Shown: piece by piece, positions 1 to 10,815 of the stretch
Numbering within the stretch: position 1 is the stretch's first letter
Layout of the letters: every line of letters starts with the position of its first letter
DNA from: Malacoraja senta
Taxonomy: Eukaryota
NCBI GenBank assembly: GCA_038087875.1
Contig: CM075995.1
Coordinates: 9,364,001 to 9,428,000 of the forward strand
Length of the DNA stretch: 64,000 nucleotides
Direction of reading: 5' to 3'
Program-made: the position numbers and the translations under genes
The notes under the pieces: generated by a model
The model's database searches: none
Told to the model about the DNA's origin: nothing
The model's input: the letters and a program-made list of their open reading frames with translations, nothing else

Positions 1-340
1 GTGAATGAAGTGCATGTGGAGAGGATGTTTCCACTAGTGGGAGAGTCGAGGGCCAGGGGCCACAGAATATAAGAATATGTCTTCAGAATGAAGATGAAGA
101 GGAATTTCTTTAGAATGAATCTGAGGAATTAATTGCCACAGTAGGCTGTGGAGGCCGTCATTGGGTATTTTTAAAGCTGAGATTGACAGGTTATTGATTA
201 GTACGGGTGTCAGGGGTTATGGGGAGAAGGCAGGAGAATGGGGTTGAGAGGGAAAGATAGATCAGCCATGATTGAATGGCGGAGCAGACTCAATGGGCCA
301 AATGGCCTCATTCTGCTTATATCACGTGAACTTATGACCT
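1..340 (+). mobile_element. CR1-clade (HER1-like) LINE 3' fragment
   Basis: Degenerate ERMFPLVGESR...RNFF RT C-terminus plus 3' UTR, the same sequence as many other copies in the window. Confidence 0.75.
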
Positions 341-435
341 TCAGTGCTCAAGCAGCTCTGCGGGTCAGGCAGCATCTGTGGAGAGAATCAACAGACGGCA
401 TTTCAGGTTGGAACTCTTCCTCAGTCTGATGCTTA

Positions 436-1000
436 GAGTCATAGAGTGTGGAAGCAGGCCCTTTAACACAACTTCTTTCCATTGTTCTATCTGGGACATA
501 CGACAATAAAACACTCTTGACTTGCCAACATATCTAACCAACATATCCCATCCACATTGGTCCCACCTGCCTGCGCATGGCCCATATCCCTCCAACCCTG
601 TCCTATCCATGTACCTGTCTAACTGTTTCTTAAACATTGCGATAGTCCCTGCCTCAACTCCCTCCTCCGGCAGCTCATTCCATACACCCACCACCCTTTG
701 TGTGAAAAAGATACACCTCAAGTTCCTATCAAGTCTGAAGAAGGGTTTCGGCCCGAAACGTTGCCTATTTCCTTCGCTCCATAGATGCTGCTGCACCCGC
801 TGAGTTTCTCCAGCATTTTTGTGTACCTTCGATTTTCCAGCATCTGTAGTTCGTTCTTAAGCACTCCTATTAAATCTTTCCCCCTTCACCTTAAACCTAT
901 GTCCTCTGGTTCTCTATTCCCCTACTCTGGGCAAGGGACTCTGTGCGTCTACAAAATCTTTCCCTCTCATGGTTTTGTCCACAACGTTGTACACCTCTTG
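436..1000 (-). mobile_element. CR1-clade LINE 3' fragment interrupted by a Penelope-derived terminal repeat (about 732-862)
   Basis: ORF 365-796 contains FFTQRVVGVWNELPEEGVEAGTI, typical of the CR1 ORF2 C-terminus. Confidence 0.7.
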
Positions 1001-1197
1001 TCCGTTCTCTCTGCCAAGCCAGTGGAGGGCGACGGAGGCCTTGCAACAGCCTGGGGCTTACCTGGATCAAGAGCTGCTCCAGTACATCGAGTGCATGGAC
1101 CGTGTGACTTTGGACCTTTTGTAAATGGCGGCTCAGGCATGTGTGATATATATGCCAAAAGAAGTTCACTTTGGAGTGCACACGTGACAATAAAGAA

Positions 1198-1805
1198 CCA
1201 AGTCAAGTCAAGTTTATTCGTCACATACACATATGAGATGTGCAGTGAAATGAAAAGTGGCAATGCTCGCGGATTGTGCAAAAAACAAACAAACAAACTA
1301 CAAACAGAATGGAACAGAATCACATATTCACATGTTACATATTTGTGGGAGGAAGGGAAGAAAAAGGGAAAAACAGCAATTTAAAAAAGACACCACACAA
1401 CAGTAGAGTGGTACAGTAAAGTTAGTCCCTGGTGAGGTAGGAGTTTATAGTCCTAATGGCCTCTGGGAAGAAACTCCTTCTCATCCTCTCTGTTTTCACA
1501 GCATGGCAACGGAGGCGTTTACCTGACCGTAGCAGCTGGAACAGTCCGTTGCTGGGGTGGAAGGGGTCTCCCATGATCTTGTTGGCTCTGGAGTTCCACC
1601 TCCTGATGTATAGTTCCTGCAGGGGGGCGAGTGTAGTTCCCATAGTGCGTTCGGCCGAACGCACTACTCTCAGCAGAGCCTTCTTGTCCTGGGCAGAGCA
1701 GTTCCCAAACCAAATCGTGATGTTTCCAGACAAGATGCTTTCCACAGCCGCTGAGTAGAAGCACTGAAGGATCCTCAGCGACACTCTGAATTTCCTCAAT
1801 TGCCT
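1198..1805 (-). mobile_element. Rex1/Babar-type LINE 3' fragment
   Basis: ORF 1422-1859 (LRKF..FYSAAVESILSGNITIWFGN..SFFPEAIR) matches the Rex1 post-RT domain. AATAAA and a (CTTGA)n tail lie at about 1198-1219 on the minus strand. Confidence 0.8.
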
Positions 1806-2063
1806 GTTAAACCATTGAAGCGTTGAGATGCTGCTTGACCACCCGAGTCTCTCCAGCATTTTGTGTTTTGCTGAACGTAATCAACACACTGACATTTCTC
1901 TGATCGTAATTCCCAGTAAATCAACTCTTAAAAGTCTTTTACAATTTGCTATGAGAGCATGTACAGCAACACCAACGCAGGGGTCGGCAACCTACCGCCC
2001 GGATCCAGCCTGTAACCCAAACTCATTCGGCCCGCAGGCGTATTTTTTTTCAATTAGTTTTCG

Positions 2064-2566
2064 CGACCTGGGAACTGCAGCCAATCCCAGGGCACGCAGG
2101 CGATCTGGGCGCTACAGCCAGTCCCAGGGCACGCAGGCGATCTGGGCGCTACAGCCAGTCCCTGGGCACGCAGGCGATCTGGGCGCTACAGCCAGTCCCG
2201 GAGCACACAAGCAACCTGGGAACTGCAGCCAGATCTGGGTTAAGCGAGCCAACCTGGGAACTGCAGCCAGATCTGGGTTAAGCGAGCTGACCTGGGCGCT
2301 ACAGACAGTCCTGGGGCACGTTGGCGACCTGGGAACTGCAGCCAGATCTGGGGCAAGCGAGCCGACCTGGGAACTGCAGCCAGTCCCAGGCCTGCAGGCG
2401 ATCTGGGCGCTACAGCCAGTCCCAGGGCACGCAGGCGACCTGGGAACTGCAGCCAGTCCCGGGGCACGTTGGCGATCTGGGAACTGCAGCCAGTCCCGGG
2501 GCACGCAGGCGACCTGGGAACTGCAGCCAGACCTGGGTTAAGCGAGCCGACCTGGGAACTGCAGCC
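2064..2566. repeat. GC-rich minisatellite, about 37-bp unit (gcgacctgggaactgcagccagtcccagggcacgcag and variants), about 13 units
   Basis: Direct tandem repetition is visible and explains the repetitive ORFs on both strands. Confidence 0.9.
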
Positions 2567-5228
2567 ATTCGCGGGTCATGCAGCCAACCTGGGTGGGACC
2601 GGACAGCGGAACCGGCCGCCACCTCAGCACCTTCTGCCGGTCCGCCAGCTATGGTGTCCTTCGGCACAGGCGCATCCGGTGGAGGTGATGGTTGGCGGGT
2701 AGCTACTGGGCTGAAGGCTGGCTGCCCCGTCCCGAGCTCGCGTTCTCTCTCTCTCTCTCTCTCTCTCCCCATTATGTGATCTCCCTGAGCCAGGAAGTCC
2801 CCGTCCCTCAGACCTGAACCGCACAGCGCATTGTGGGACAGGCGAAGGTGGAGGCTCCCTGGTCCACATTGCCTCCTTGAAGGAGTTTCACATCTTCCTT
2901 TCTACTGACTAAACCAATCCCTTGATCCTGTCCCGCCAGTCTTTTTCAAAATTTAGCAACTCAAAATCTGGGTGCGTCTTCATTGCCGGGAAATACGGTA
3001 ATTAAAAAGTAACTTCAACAAATGACATTGGGAGCGGAACTACCGTAGGTATCCTGCATAAAATGAAAGGTATTTTATCGTGAAGAAAAGCATTGTTATC
3101 TGTATTAATTAAAATGCACCCCTTTCTCACTCCTGGGGGGTGGGGGGGGGGGGGGTGGGAGGGAGATTGCAACCTTCACCTGGTCCACCCTGTTTCGACT
3201 AATGCAATCAACCCGACGTGCACAAACAAGATCAAATAGAACAAGTTGACCTGCGACTTTAGGCTGTGCACGCCATACGCAAGAAGATTACACCTGAGGA
3301 TACCAAATAATGTTTTAATGCCACTTTTTAAATGAGTTATGTTAGTTTGCGTTGTACCTTGAAGATTTTAGTTTAGTGATAAGAAATTAGCTTGCATGTA
3401 ATCCGGAGCAATTAAAACGTTTCTAAAAAGTAACACATCTTACATTTGGATTGGTGATTCTGCCGGAAGCAAAAACTCTTGGCCATGTTCTACAACACAA
3501 TTTGGTAAACGTTAACCTGCATTAAAATGTTAAGTTAACAAAAAAAAAGTTTTCTAAATGAACCTGCTGCAATTAAACATTTGCCTCTCTCTCTTTTAAT
3601 ATATTATTTGCAAAACATATATTTGATTCCCTTAAATTAGTCCATTTCCATATTCCTTTGCAACATTGGAGACCATTTTGGCCCATCGGTTCTATGCTGG
3701 CTCATGGAGCAATGTCATTCTAGACTGATTTTTCCTGTCCGTTGCCATCAGCTGACCTTTGCATACAATCTGTCACCTACACACAAGGTTCCTACTAAAC
3801 CAAAGATAGACACAACATGCTGGAGTAACTCAGCGGGACAAGCAGCATCCTTGGAGAGAAGGAATGGGTGACATTTCCGGTCGAGACACTTGGGTGCACT
3901 TAAGTTACTCCAGCATTCTTTGGCTATCTTGAAGCATCTGCAGTTCCTTTATGTTTTTGGATTTGGGAGGAAATAGCACCTGGAGGAACGCAGGTGGTCA
4001 TCAGGAGAATCTGTAAAGTCCACACAGCAGCAAGCATCAGGATCGAACCGGTGTATCTGCGTGAAGCCTACACGCTGCACCACTGTGCCATTCCCATGCA
4101 GTGCAGGAGGCTGAGAGGTGATCTTATGGAGGTGTATAAAGTCATGAGGAGAACAGATCACGTGAAGGTGCAGTCTTTTTACCCAAGGTAGGAGAATCAA
4201 GAACCAGAGGACATTGGTTTCAGCTGAGAGGGAAAAGACTTAATAGGGACCTGAGGGGCAACTTTTTTGCACAGAAGGTGATTTATGGAATGTGCTGCCA
4301 AAGGAGGTAGTTGAGACAGGTACAAAAACAACATTTAAAAACAACATTTGGATAGGTACATGGTTAGGAAAGGTTTAGAGGGATAGGGGTGAAACGTGGG
4401 CAGGTGAGACTAGTATCGATGGGCATCCTGGTCGGCATGGGCAAGAGGATGGAGGAGGCTGTTTCCGTGCCCTACCACTCAGGCAATTGAGAGGCATTTA
4501 AAGAAAATTCTCAGAAATGTAGTTCTTAATCTACCGCTGCGCCACCGCGCTGTTCTATTTTTAAAACTGAAATGCAAACGAACATGATTGTTTACTAGCC
4601 AAGTTAATGAACGATTATCAGCGCTTCCAGAAAGCCCTGCCTACGCAGTGAATGGAATCAGGATGTTTTCTCATTGTAAACGAACATACGTGCTTTTTTA
4701 TTACAGTGACTGCTTCTGCAGTGAGTGACTTTAGTTAGAGAAGCATGATCTGCCTTTTATTTTAAAATGGATGTGCATTCTCTTGAGCTCGCTAGCTAAT
4801 GAGGAATAGATTTTATTGATGCTGCTGCTCTATGAACATGGCTGTCAACCTGAAGAAAGGGAAAGGTTTAAACTACTTCGGGTTTGGTATAATCACCCAA
4901 TTTTCTGCATGAAAAATTAATTGGCCACCCAAAGAGGAATTTAGTGAATTAAACGGACACTGTATCGTAAGGGAAGTTTTTATGGGTTTTGGTGATTGTT
5001 TGAGTCCCCTAAATAACAGGATACACTGGAAGCCTGTGATACTTGTACCTTGTATCCGGAACACATAGATAGAGCGCATATAATTGTTTTTCTAAGAACA
5101 AATTTTGCTAATGGCATTTTTCCTGTCTGGCTGCAAAATATTACTCTTCCAAACTAGGAGTCTGAGCAATCAGCTATTATATTGAAATGGTTTCCTTTAT
5201 TTCTTACCACCAGCTACACCACGAGTTA

Positions 5229-5619
5229 AGGGCCTGTCCCACTTACGTGTCCTTGGCACGCAAATTACGCGACCTCGTGGTCGCGTTGCGCAGAGATGCT
5301 AAAGCGAAGGTCGGGCGCGATTACATGTGTACGCACAGCCGTCTGGAGCGCGTGACATCATTTGAAGATGGACACAAAGCTGGAGAAACTCGGCGGGACC
5401 GGCAGCATCTCTGGAGAGAAGCAATGGGCGACGTTTCGTGTCGAGACTCTTCTTCAGTCTGAAAAGAAGGGTCTTGACCCGAAACGTCACCTATTGCTTC
5501 TCTCCAGAGATGCTGCCGGTCCCGCTGAGTTACTCCTGCATTTTGTGTCTATCTACGCCTCAAGCGACCACGAGGTTGCGTAATTTGCGAGCCTAGGACG
5601 CGTAAGTGGGACAGGCCCT
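5229..5619. mobile_element. PIF/Harbinger-type MITE with long TIRs, containing a nested palindromic Penelope-derived repeat (about 5362-5553)
   Basis: TIR agggcctgtcccactta...taagtgggacaggccct, extending about 55 bp. TTA duplicated at 5226-5228 and 5620-5622. Confidence 0.85.
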
Positions 5620-5785
5620 TTACTATCAATGTTTAGTGGTAATAAGAAATCTTGGATGAAAGACTGGACTTCGTTAAAGATTGGACACCGTCGCACTTGT
5701 TTTATTTGGCATTAAGATAAATAAATAAAGTCTCCAAATTGCACCTCAGGCATGTGAATGCACTTATGATATTAGTTATATCAGA

Positions 5786-6195
5786 CCATAAAACATAGGA
5801 GCAGAATGAGGCCATTTGGCCCACCATGTCTGCTCCACCATTCCATGGTTGATCTATTTTTCCCTCTCCATTCTCCTGTCTTCTCCCCATAACCTTTCAT
5901 GCCCTTACTAATCAAGACTTATCAATGTCCGCTTTAAAAATACCCACTGACTTGGCCTCCACAGCCGTCTGTGGCAATGAATTCCACAGATTTACCACCC
6001 TCTGGCTAAAGAAATTCCTCCTCATCTCTATTCTAAAGGTACGTCCTTTTATTCTGAGCCTGTGCTCTCAGGTCCTAAGCTTTCCCACTACCGGAAACAT
6101 CCTTTCCACATCCATTCTCTCTAGGGCTTTCATTACTTGATAGGTTTAAAACGAGATCCCCTCTCATCTTTCTAAACTGCTCCGACAAAGCCTTG
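5786..6195 (-). mobile_element. CR1-clade LINE 3' fragment
   Basis: Reverse complement of the same RT C-terminus and 3' UTR seen at 1-340. Confidence 0.75.
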
Positions 6196-7014
6196 CAAAT
6201 GTCATTATTGAGCAGACATTGATGTCCTTGAGAAATACTCTTCATTCTGTTTTGCTGGGTCAAAATCTTGAATTTAATATCTTTACAATGTAGAGAATAG
6301 CTCGTATTTATCATCAACTTTGAGGCAATCTAAAAATGGACAATAAATGTTGAACTTGTGGTTGACCTGTATTTTCTGTGAGTACATTTTATACTCTGTA
6401 TTTCACTTCATGGATACAACATGGCCTCATCATAAATACAGCATTTTCTGATTTTACTTTGGATTTTCAGCATCTGCAGTTTACGTACTTTTGTTACCAG
6501 ATACCTACCTTCCATTGTAAATCCTCAAGGACTATTGACAAACTACAGAGTGTTCACTCTAAAAGTAGTGCCAAGCATGTGCACAATATACAAATTGTTA
6601 CCCCTGTCAGTAACCATTTCACAACATTTGGGAGACAAATTGCAGATTGGAGAATGGATGTAGATTAGCAGGGACAAGTTGGGCCGAAGAACCTGTCTCC
6701 TGCTGGCTCTTGACAGGTTGGTTTTCTTGACTGGCTCTGCGACTCTATTTTTCTGACACTTTTGGCTTGACAAAGGAATCTAAATGCGCAAACATTTGAT
6801 TGTAAACTTGGAATTATGTTCTTATGCTGCACTGTTCAGTGTTTAGGTAAACACAAAATACTGGAGTAACTCAGTGGGTGAGGCAGCATCTATGGAGAGA
6901 AAGAACTGGCGACGTTTCAGGTCTCGATGCTGCCTCACCCACTGTTACTCCAGCATTTTGCGTCTACCTTCGATTTTACCAGCATCTGCAGTTCTTTCTT
7001 AAACTGTTCAGTGT

Positions 7015-7305
7015 TTAATTTAGTTTGGAGATACAGCACCGAAACAAGGCCCTTCAACCTACCGACCAGTCATCCCCGCACACTTGCACTATCGTACACA
7101 AATGAGGGACACTTTACAATTTTACCAAAGCCAATTAACCTACAAACCTGTATGTCTTTGGAGTGTTGGAGGAAACCGGAGAAAACCCACGCAGGTCACG
7201 GGGAGAACGTACAAACTCCGCACAGACAGCACCCGTATTTAAGATGGAACCCGGATCTCTAGCGTTGTAAGGCAGCAACTCTACCGCTGTGCCACCCTGC
7301 CACCA
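7015..7305 (-). mobile_element. V-SINE (HE1-like tRNA-derived SINE)
   Basis: tRNA-like head, V-domain and CR1-like tail with (CTAAA)n on the minus strand. Confidence 0.8.
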
Positions 7306-7481
7306 TGTTTTACGTAAACATTGCCCTTGCCATTGACTGCCTATGCCGGGTGAAATCTGAATGTTTCTGGAAAAGAAAGTTTTCTATTGGACTTTAGCTC
7401 TCTCTCACGTTTTGTATTTTTAAAAGCTTTTGTATTTTTATTGGAAATATTTACCAGCATTCATTTTTGTTTTATTTTCAG

Positions 7482-7565
7482 ACAAAATTCAAGAAGCACA
7501 AAAAGAATTGCAGGTTCCAGAGACTGCACAGAAACGTTTGCAAGTTGCTGACGGCACAAAAAAAG
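7482..7565 (+). CDS. HIVEP1: HIVEP1 small internal coding exon (84 nt, phase 1/1): (D)KIQEAQKELQVPETAQKRLQVADGTKK(E)
   Basis: Pyrimidine tract plus AG acceptor (tttattttcag, AG at 7480-7481) and donor AAG|GTTGGT at 7566. The peptide resembles the recalled HIVEP1 N-terminus (DKIEEAQKEL...KKE). G7565 + AA at 30730 gives GAA, in frame with the large exon. Confidence 0.85.
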
Positions 7566-7992
7566 GTTGGTTTAACTTCATTATGGACACATTAAAGAAA
7601 GAGTGGTGGGAATTCTTGTAAAAGATCATCTCCCGCATTAGATTATTGGAAGCTTAATTGATAACTGTTGATTTATTTTTTGGTTGGTTTAATAAAAAGA
7701 AAAGCATTGCTGACCATTAAGCAGAATATAAGGATAAAAAGCACACTAATTTACAAATCTTCAGATCTTTGTAATAAACTACATCTGAGGCATCTGTAGC
7801 TTCAATAACCTTTTCAGAAGCTTTAGAAATCTGAGGTGATTTATCCATGATGATACAAGGTGGCTATGAAGGACATTGAAATGTTAGCATATTGCTGCTG
7901 TCAGCTTTGAGTTGTTACCTTCCAGTGGCACCACTCGCCACTGGCCCTTGCCGTAAATGGAAGGACCTGTATTCATTTAGGACTTTGCACAA

Positions 7993-9415
7993 GGTGGCAC
8001 AGGCGTGGAGTTGCTGCCTTACAGCACCAGAGACCCAGGACCCATCCTGACCACGGGTGCTGTCTGTACGTTGTTTGTACATTCTCCCCGTGACCGGGTG
8101 GGTTTTCCCCGGGTGCTCTGGTTTCCCCCCACACTCCAAAGACGTATAGGTTTGTGGGTTAATTGGCTTTGGTAAAAAGAGTAAATTTCGGTAAATAGAT
8201 GCTGTTCATTGACTTCAGTTCAGCTTTCAACACCATAGTCCCCACCAGACTTGCTGAGAAGCTGCTGGAACTGGGGCTGAACACTCCCCTGTGTGCCTGG
8301 GTCCTGGACTTTCTCACCGCCAGGCCCCAGGTGGTCAAGATGGGGAGACATACCTCCAACCCCCACACCCTGAGCACAGGATCCCCCCAGGGTTGCGTCC
8401 TCAGCCCCCTACTTTACTCCCTGTACACACATGACTGTGTGGTCAGGTTCAGCTCCAACTCCATCAGCAAGTTCGCTGATGACACTGTGGTGGTGGGCCT
8501 GATCTCCGATAACGATGAGAAGGCCTACCGGGAGGATGTGGCTGACCTGGCACTCTGGTGTCAGGACAACAGACTCCTCTTGAATGTCAAAAAAACTAAG
8601 GAGCTGATTGTGGACTTTAGAAGGAGCTGATTGTGGACAACAACCGAGGACGTACACACCACTGGAGATAAATCGGACTACTGTGGACAGGGCGAGCAGC
8701 TTTAAATATGTGGGAATCCACATCACAGAGGATCTGACATGGGCAACACACACTACCGCACTGGTGAATAAGGCAAGGCAGCACCTTTACCACCTCAGGC
8801 TCTCTGAGGATCCTTCAATCCTTCTACTCTGGTGCTGTAGAAAACATCCTGTCCGGAAACATCTCGATCTGGTTTGGGAACAACTCTGCCCAGGACAGGA
8901 AGGCTCTGCAGAGAGTAATGCGTTCGGCCGAACGCACCCTGGGAACTACACTCACCCCCCCCCCTGCAGGACCTATACACCAGGAGGTACAGATCCAGAG
9001 CCAGCAACATTATGAAGGACCCCTACCACCCCAGCAACGGACTGTTCCAGCTGCTACGGTCAGGTAAACGCCTCCACTGTCATGCTGCGAAAACAGAGAG
9101 GATGAGACGGAGATTCTTCCCACAGGCCATCAGGACTGTAAACTCTGATCTCACCGGGGCGTAATTACTGTTGCGTCTTTTTTAAAATGTAAATACTGGT
9201 TCTGTTCTGTTGTTCTGTTGTTTTTGCACAGGCGTTGCCACTTTCATTTCACTGCACATCTTGTATGTGTATGTGACAAATAAAGTTGACTTGACTTAAA
9301 TTGTCCCTAATGTGTAGGATGATGTTAGTGTGTGGGAATGGCTGGTCGGCACGGGCTCGGTGGGCCCAAGGACCTGTTTCCGCATTGTATCTCTAAACTA
9401 GACTAAACTAAACTG
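7993..9415 (+). mobile_element. V-SINE split by a nested Rex1 LINE insertion
   Basis: SINE head and V-domain at 7993-8187; SINE tail resumes at about 9297 (taaattgtccctaatg...aaactaaact). Confidence 0.8.
8188..9296 (+). mobile_element. Rex1/Babar LINE, 5'-truncated, frameshifted RT
   Basis: [36 protein letters not shown] motifs, AATAAA and a (GACTT)n tail. Probable TSD taaatt. Confidence 0.88.
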
Positions 9416-10351
9416 AACCTTATCATAAATGGGAGGACCTGTATTCATGTAAGACTCTGCTTCATACACAGATTGCCCCATGTTCCCTGAAGGACTTCAC
9501 TTTATACCCAGTTATCCTCTGCTTTTAATATACAGACTGTCCTTGGATGACGGACAGCTTCTGTTTTCACAGACGCCCATGGGTTAATTTTGTCCCTACG
9601 TCAGAAAACACAAGAGAACTCACTCACATGTAACCGTATCTCCACACTTTGTGACAAGTGGCATCAAAAGCCCATAGATGGAAGGATAGACAGACACTTT
9701 ATTGTCACATGTGGCACATCACAGTGAAATTCCTTCATTTGCATTCCTTACAAAAGGTATGTAAAAGGGTGTGTATAGGGTGCGACAGAGACATAATCCT
9801 GATGAGAAGGAACAATTACTACAAGTGGAGAGAGGACATTATTTCTGCTACTCGTCGGAACGAACACCTGCATGTACGTCAAACCTCTGAATTTAATAAT
9901 ATTATGAGAGCTCGTTTGTATGTAGGGGTGTCCATAAGCTGAAGGGCCTGTTTCTGCGCTGTATCTCTAAACTAAACTAAGACTTGGAAATGACAAGATG
10001 GCACCAGACGTGTCGACTCCGCGTTTCTATGATAGAAACAAAGAACTGCAGATTCAGGTTCAAACCAAAGATAGACACAATGTGCTGGAGTAACTCAGCA
10101 GGTCAGACAGTATCGCTGGACGAAAAGGATAGGTGATGTTTTGGATCGGGACCCTTTTTCGGACTGAAAGTAGGGGAGGGTGGTGGGGGGTGGGAGGGAG
10201 GGGTGAAGAGGTGGAGGCGAGAAAAGACCAGGACCAATCATGGCCAGCAATAAATGACCTCAGGCAAGGAGGTGCCCTGGTAGACAGACCCATTGTTGGC
10301 TAGGGATGGTGTGAGCTCAAGAGGGATACAATGTGGTGAACTGTGGATCTG

Positions 10352-10815
10352 GACGGCACGTTTGCGCAGCAGTAGAGTTGCTGCCTCACACCTCTTGCAG
10401 CGCCGGAGACCCGGGTTCCATCCCAACTTCGGGTGTTTTCTGTACGGAGTCTGTACGTTCTCCCCGTGACCTGCGTGGGTTTTCTCCGAGATCTTCGGTT
10501 TCCTCCCACACTCCAAAGACGTGCAGGTTTGTAGGTTAATTGGCTCGGTGTACGTGTAAATTGTCCCTAGTGTGTGTCCATATCGACCAACGATCACCCT
10601 GTACACTAGCACTATCCTACACACTCGGGACAATTTACAATTTTACCAAATGTAACCCACAAACCTGTCTGTCTTTGGAGTGTGGGAGGAAACCGGGGGC
10701 ATCCGGTGAAAACCCCCGGGGTCACGGGGAGAACGTACAAACTCCATACAGACAGCACCCGTAGTCAGGATGGAACCCGGGTCTCTGGTGCAGTAAGGCA
10801 ACAACTCTACCGCCA
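10352..10815. mobile_element. Two V-SINEs tail-to-tail (10352-10575 on +, 10580-10815 on -)
   Basis: The V-domain sequence and its reverse complement are adjacent. Confidence 0.8.

Noticed and set aside
1828..2779. Overlapping repetitive ORFs on both strands
   Set aside because: Products of the 37-bp minisatellite, with no protein-family signature.
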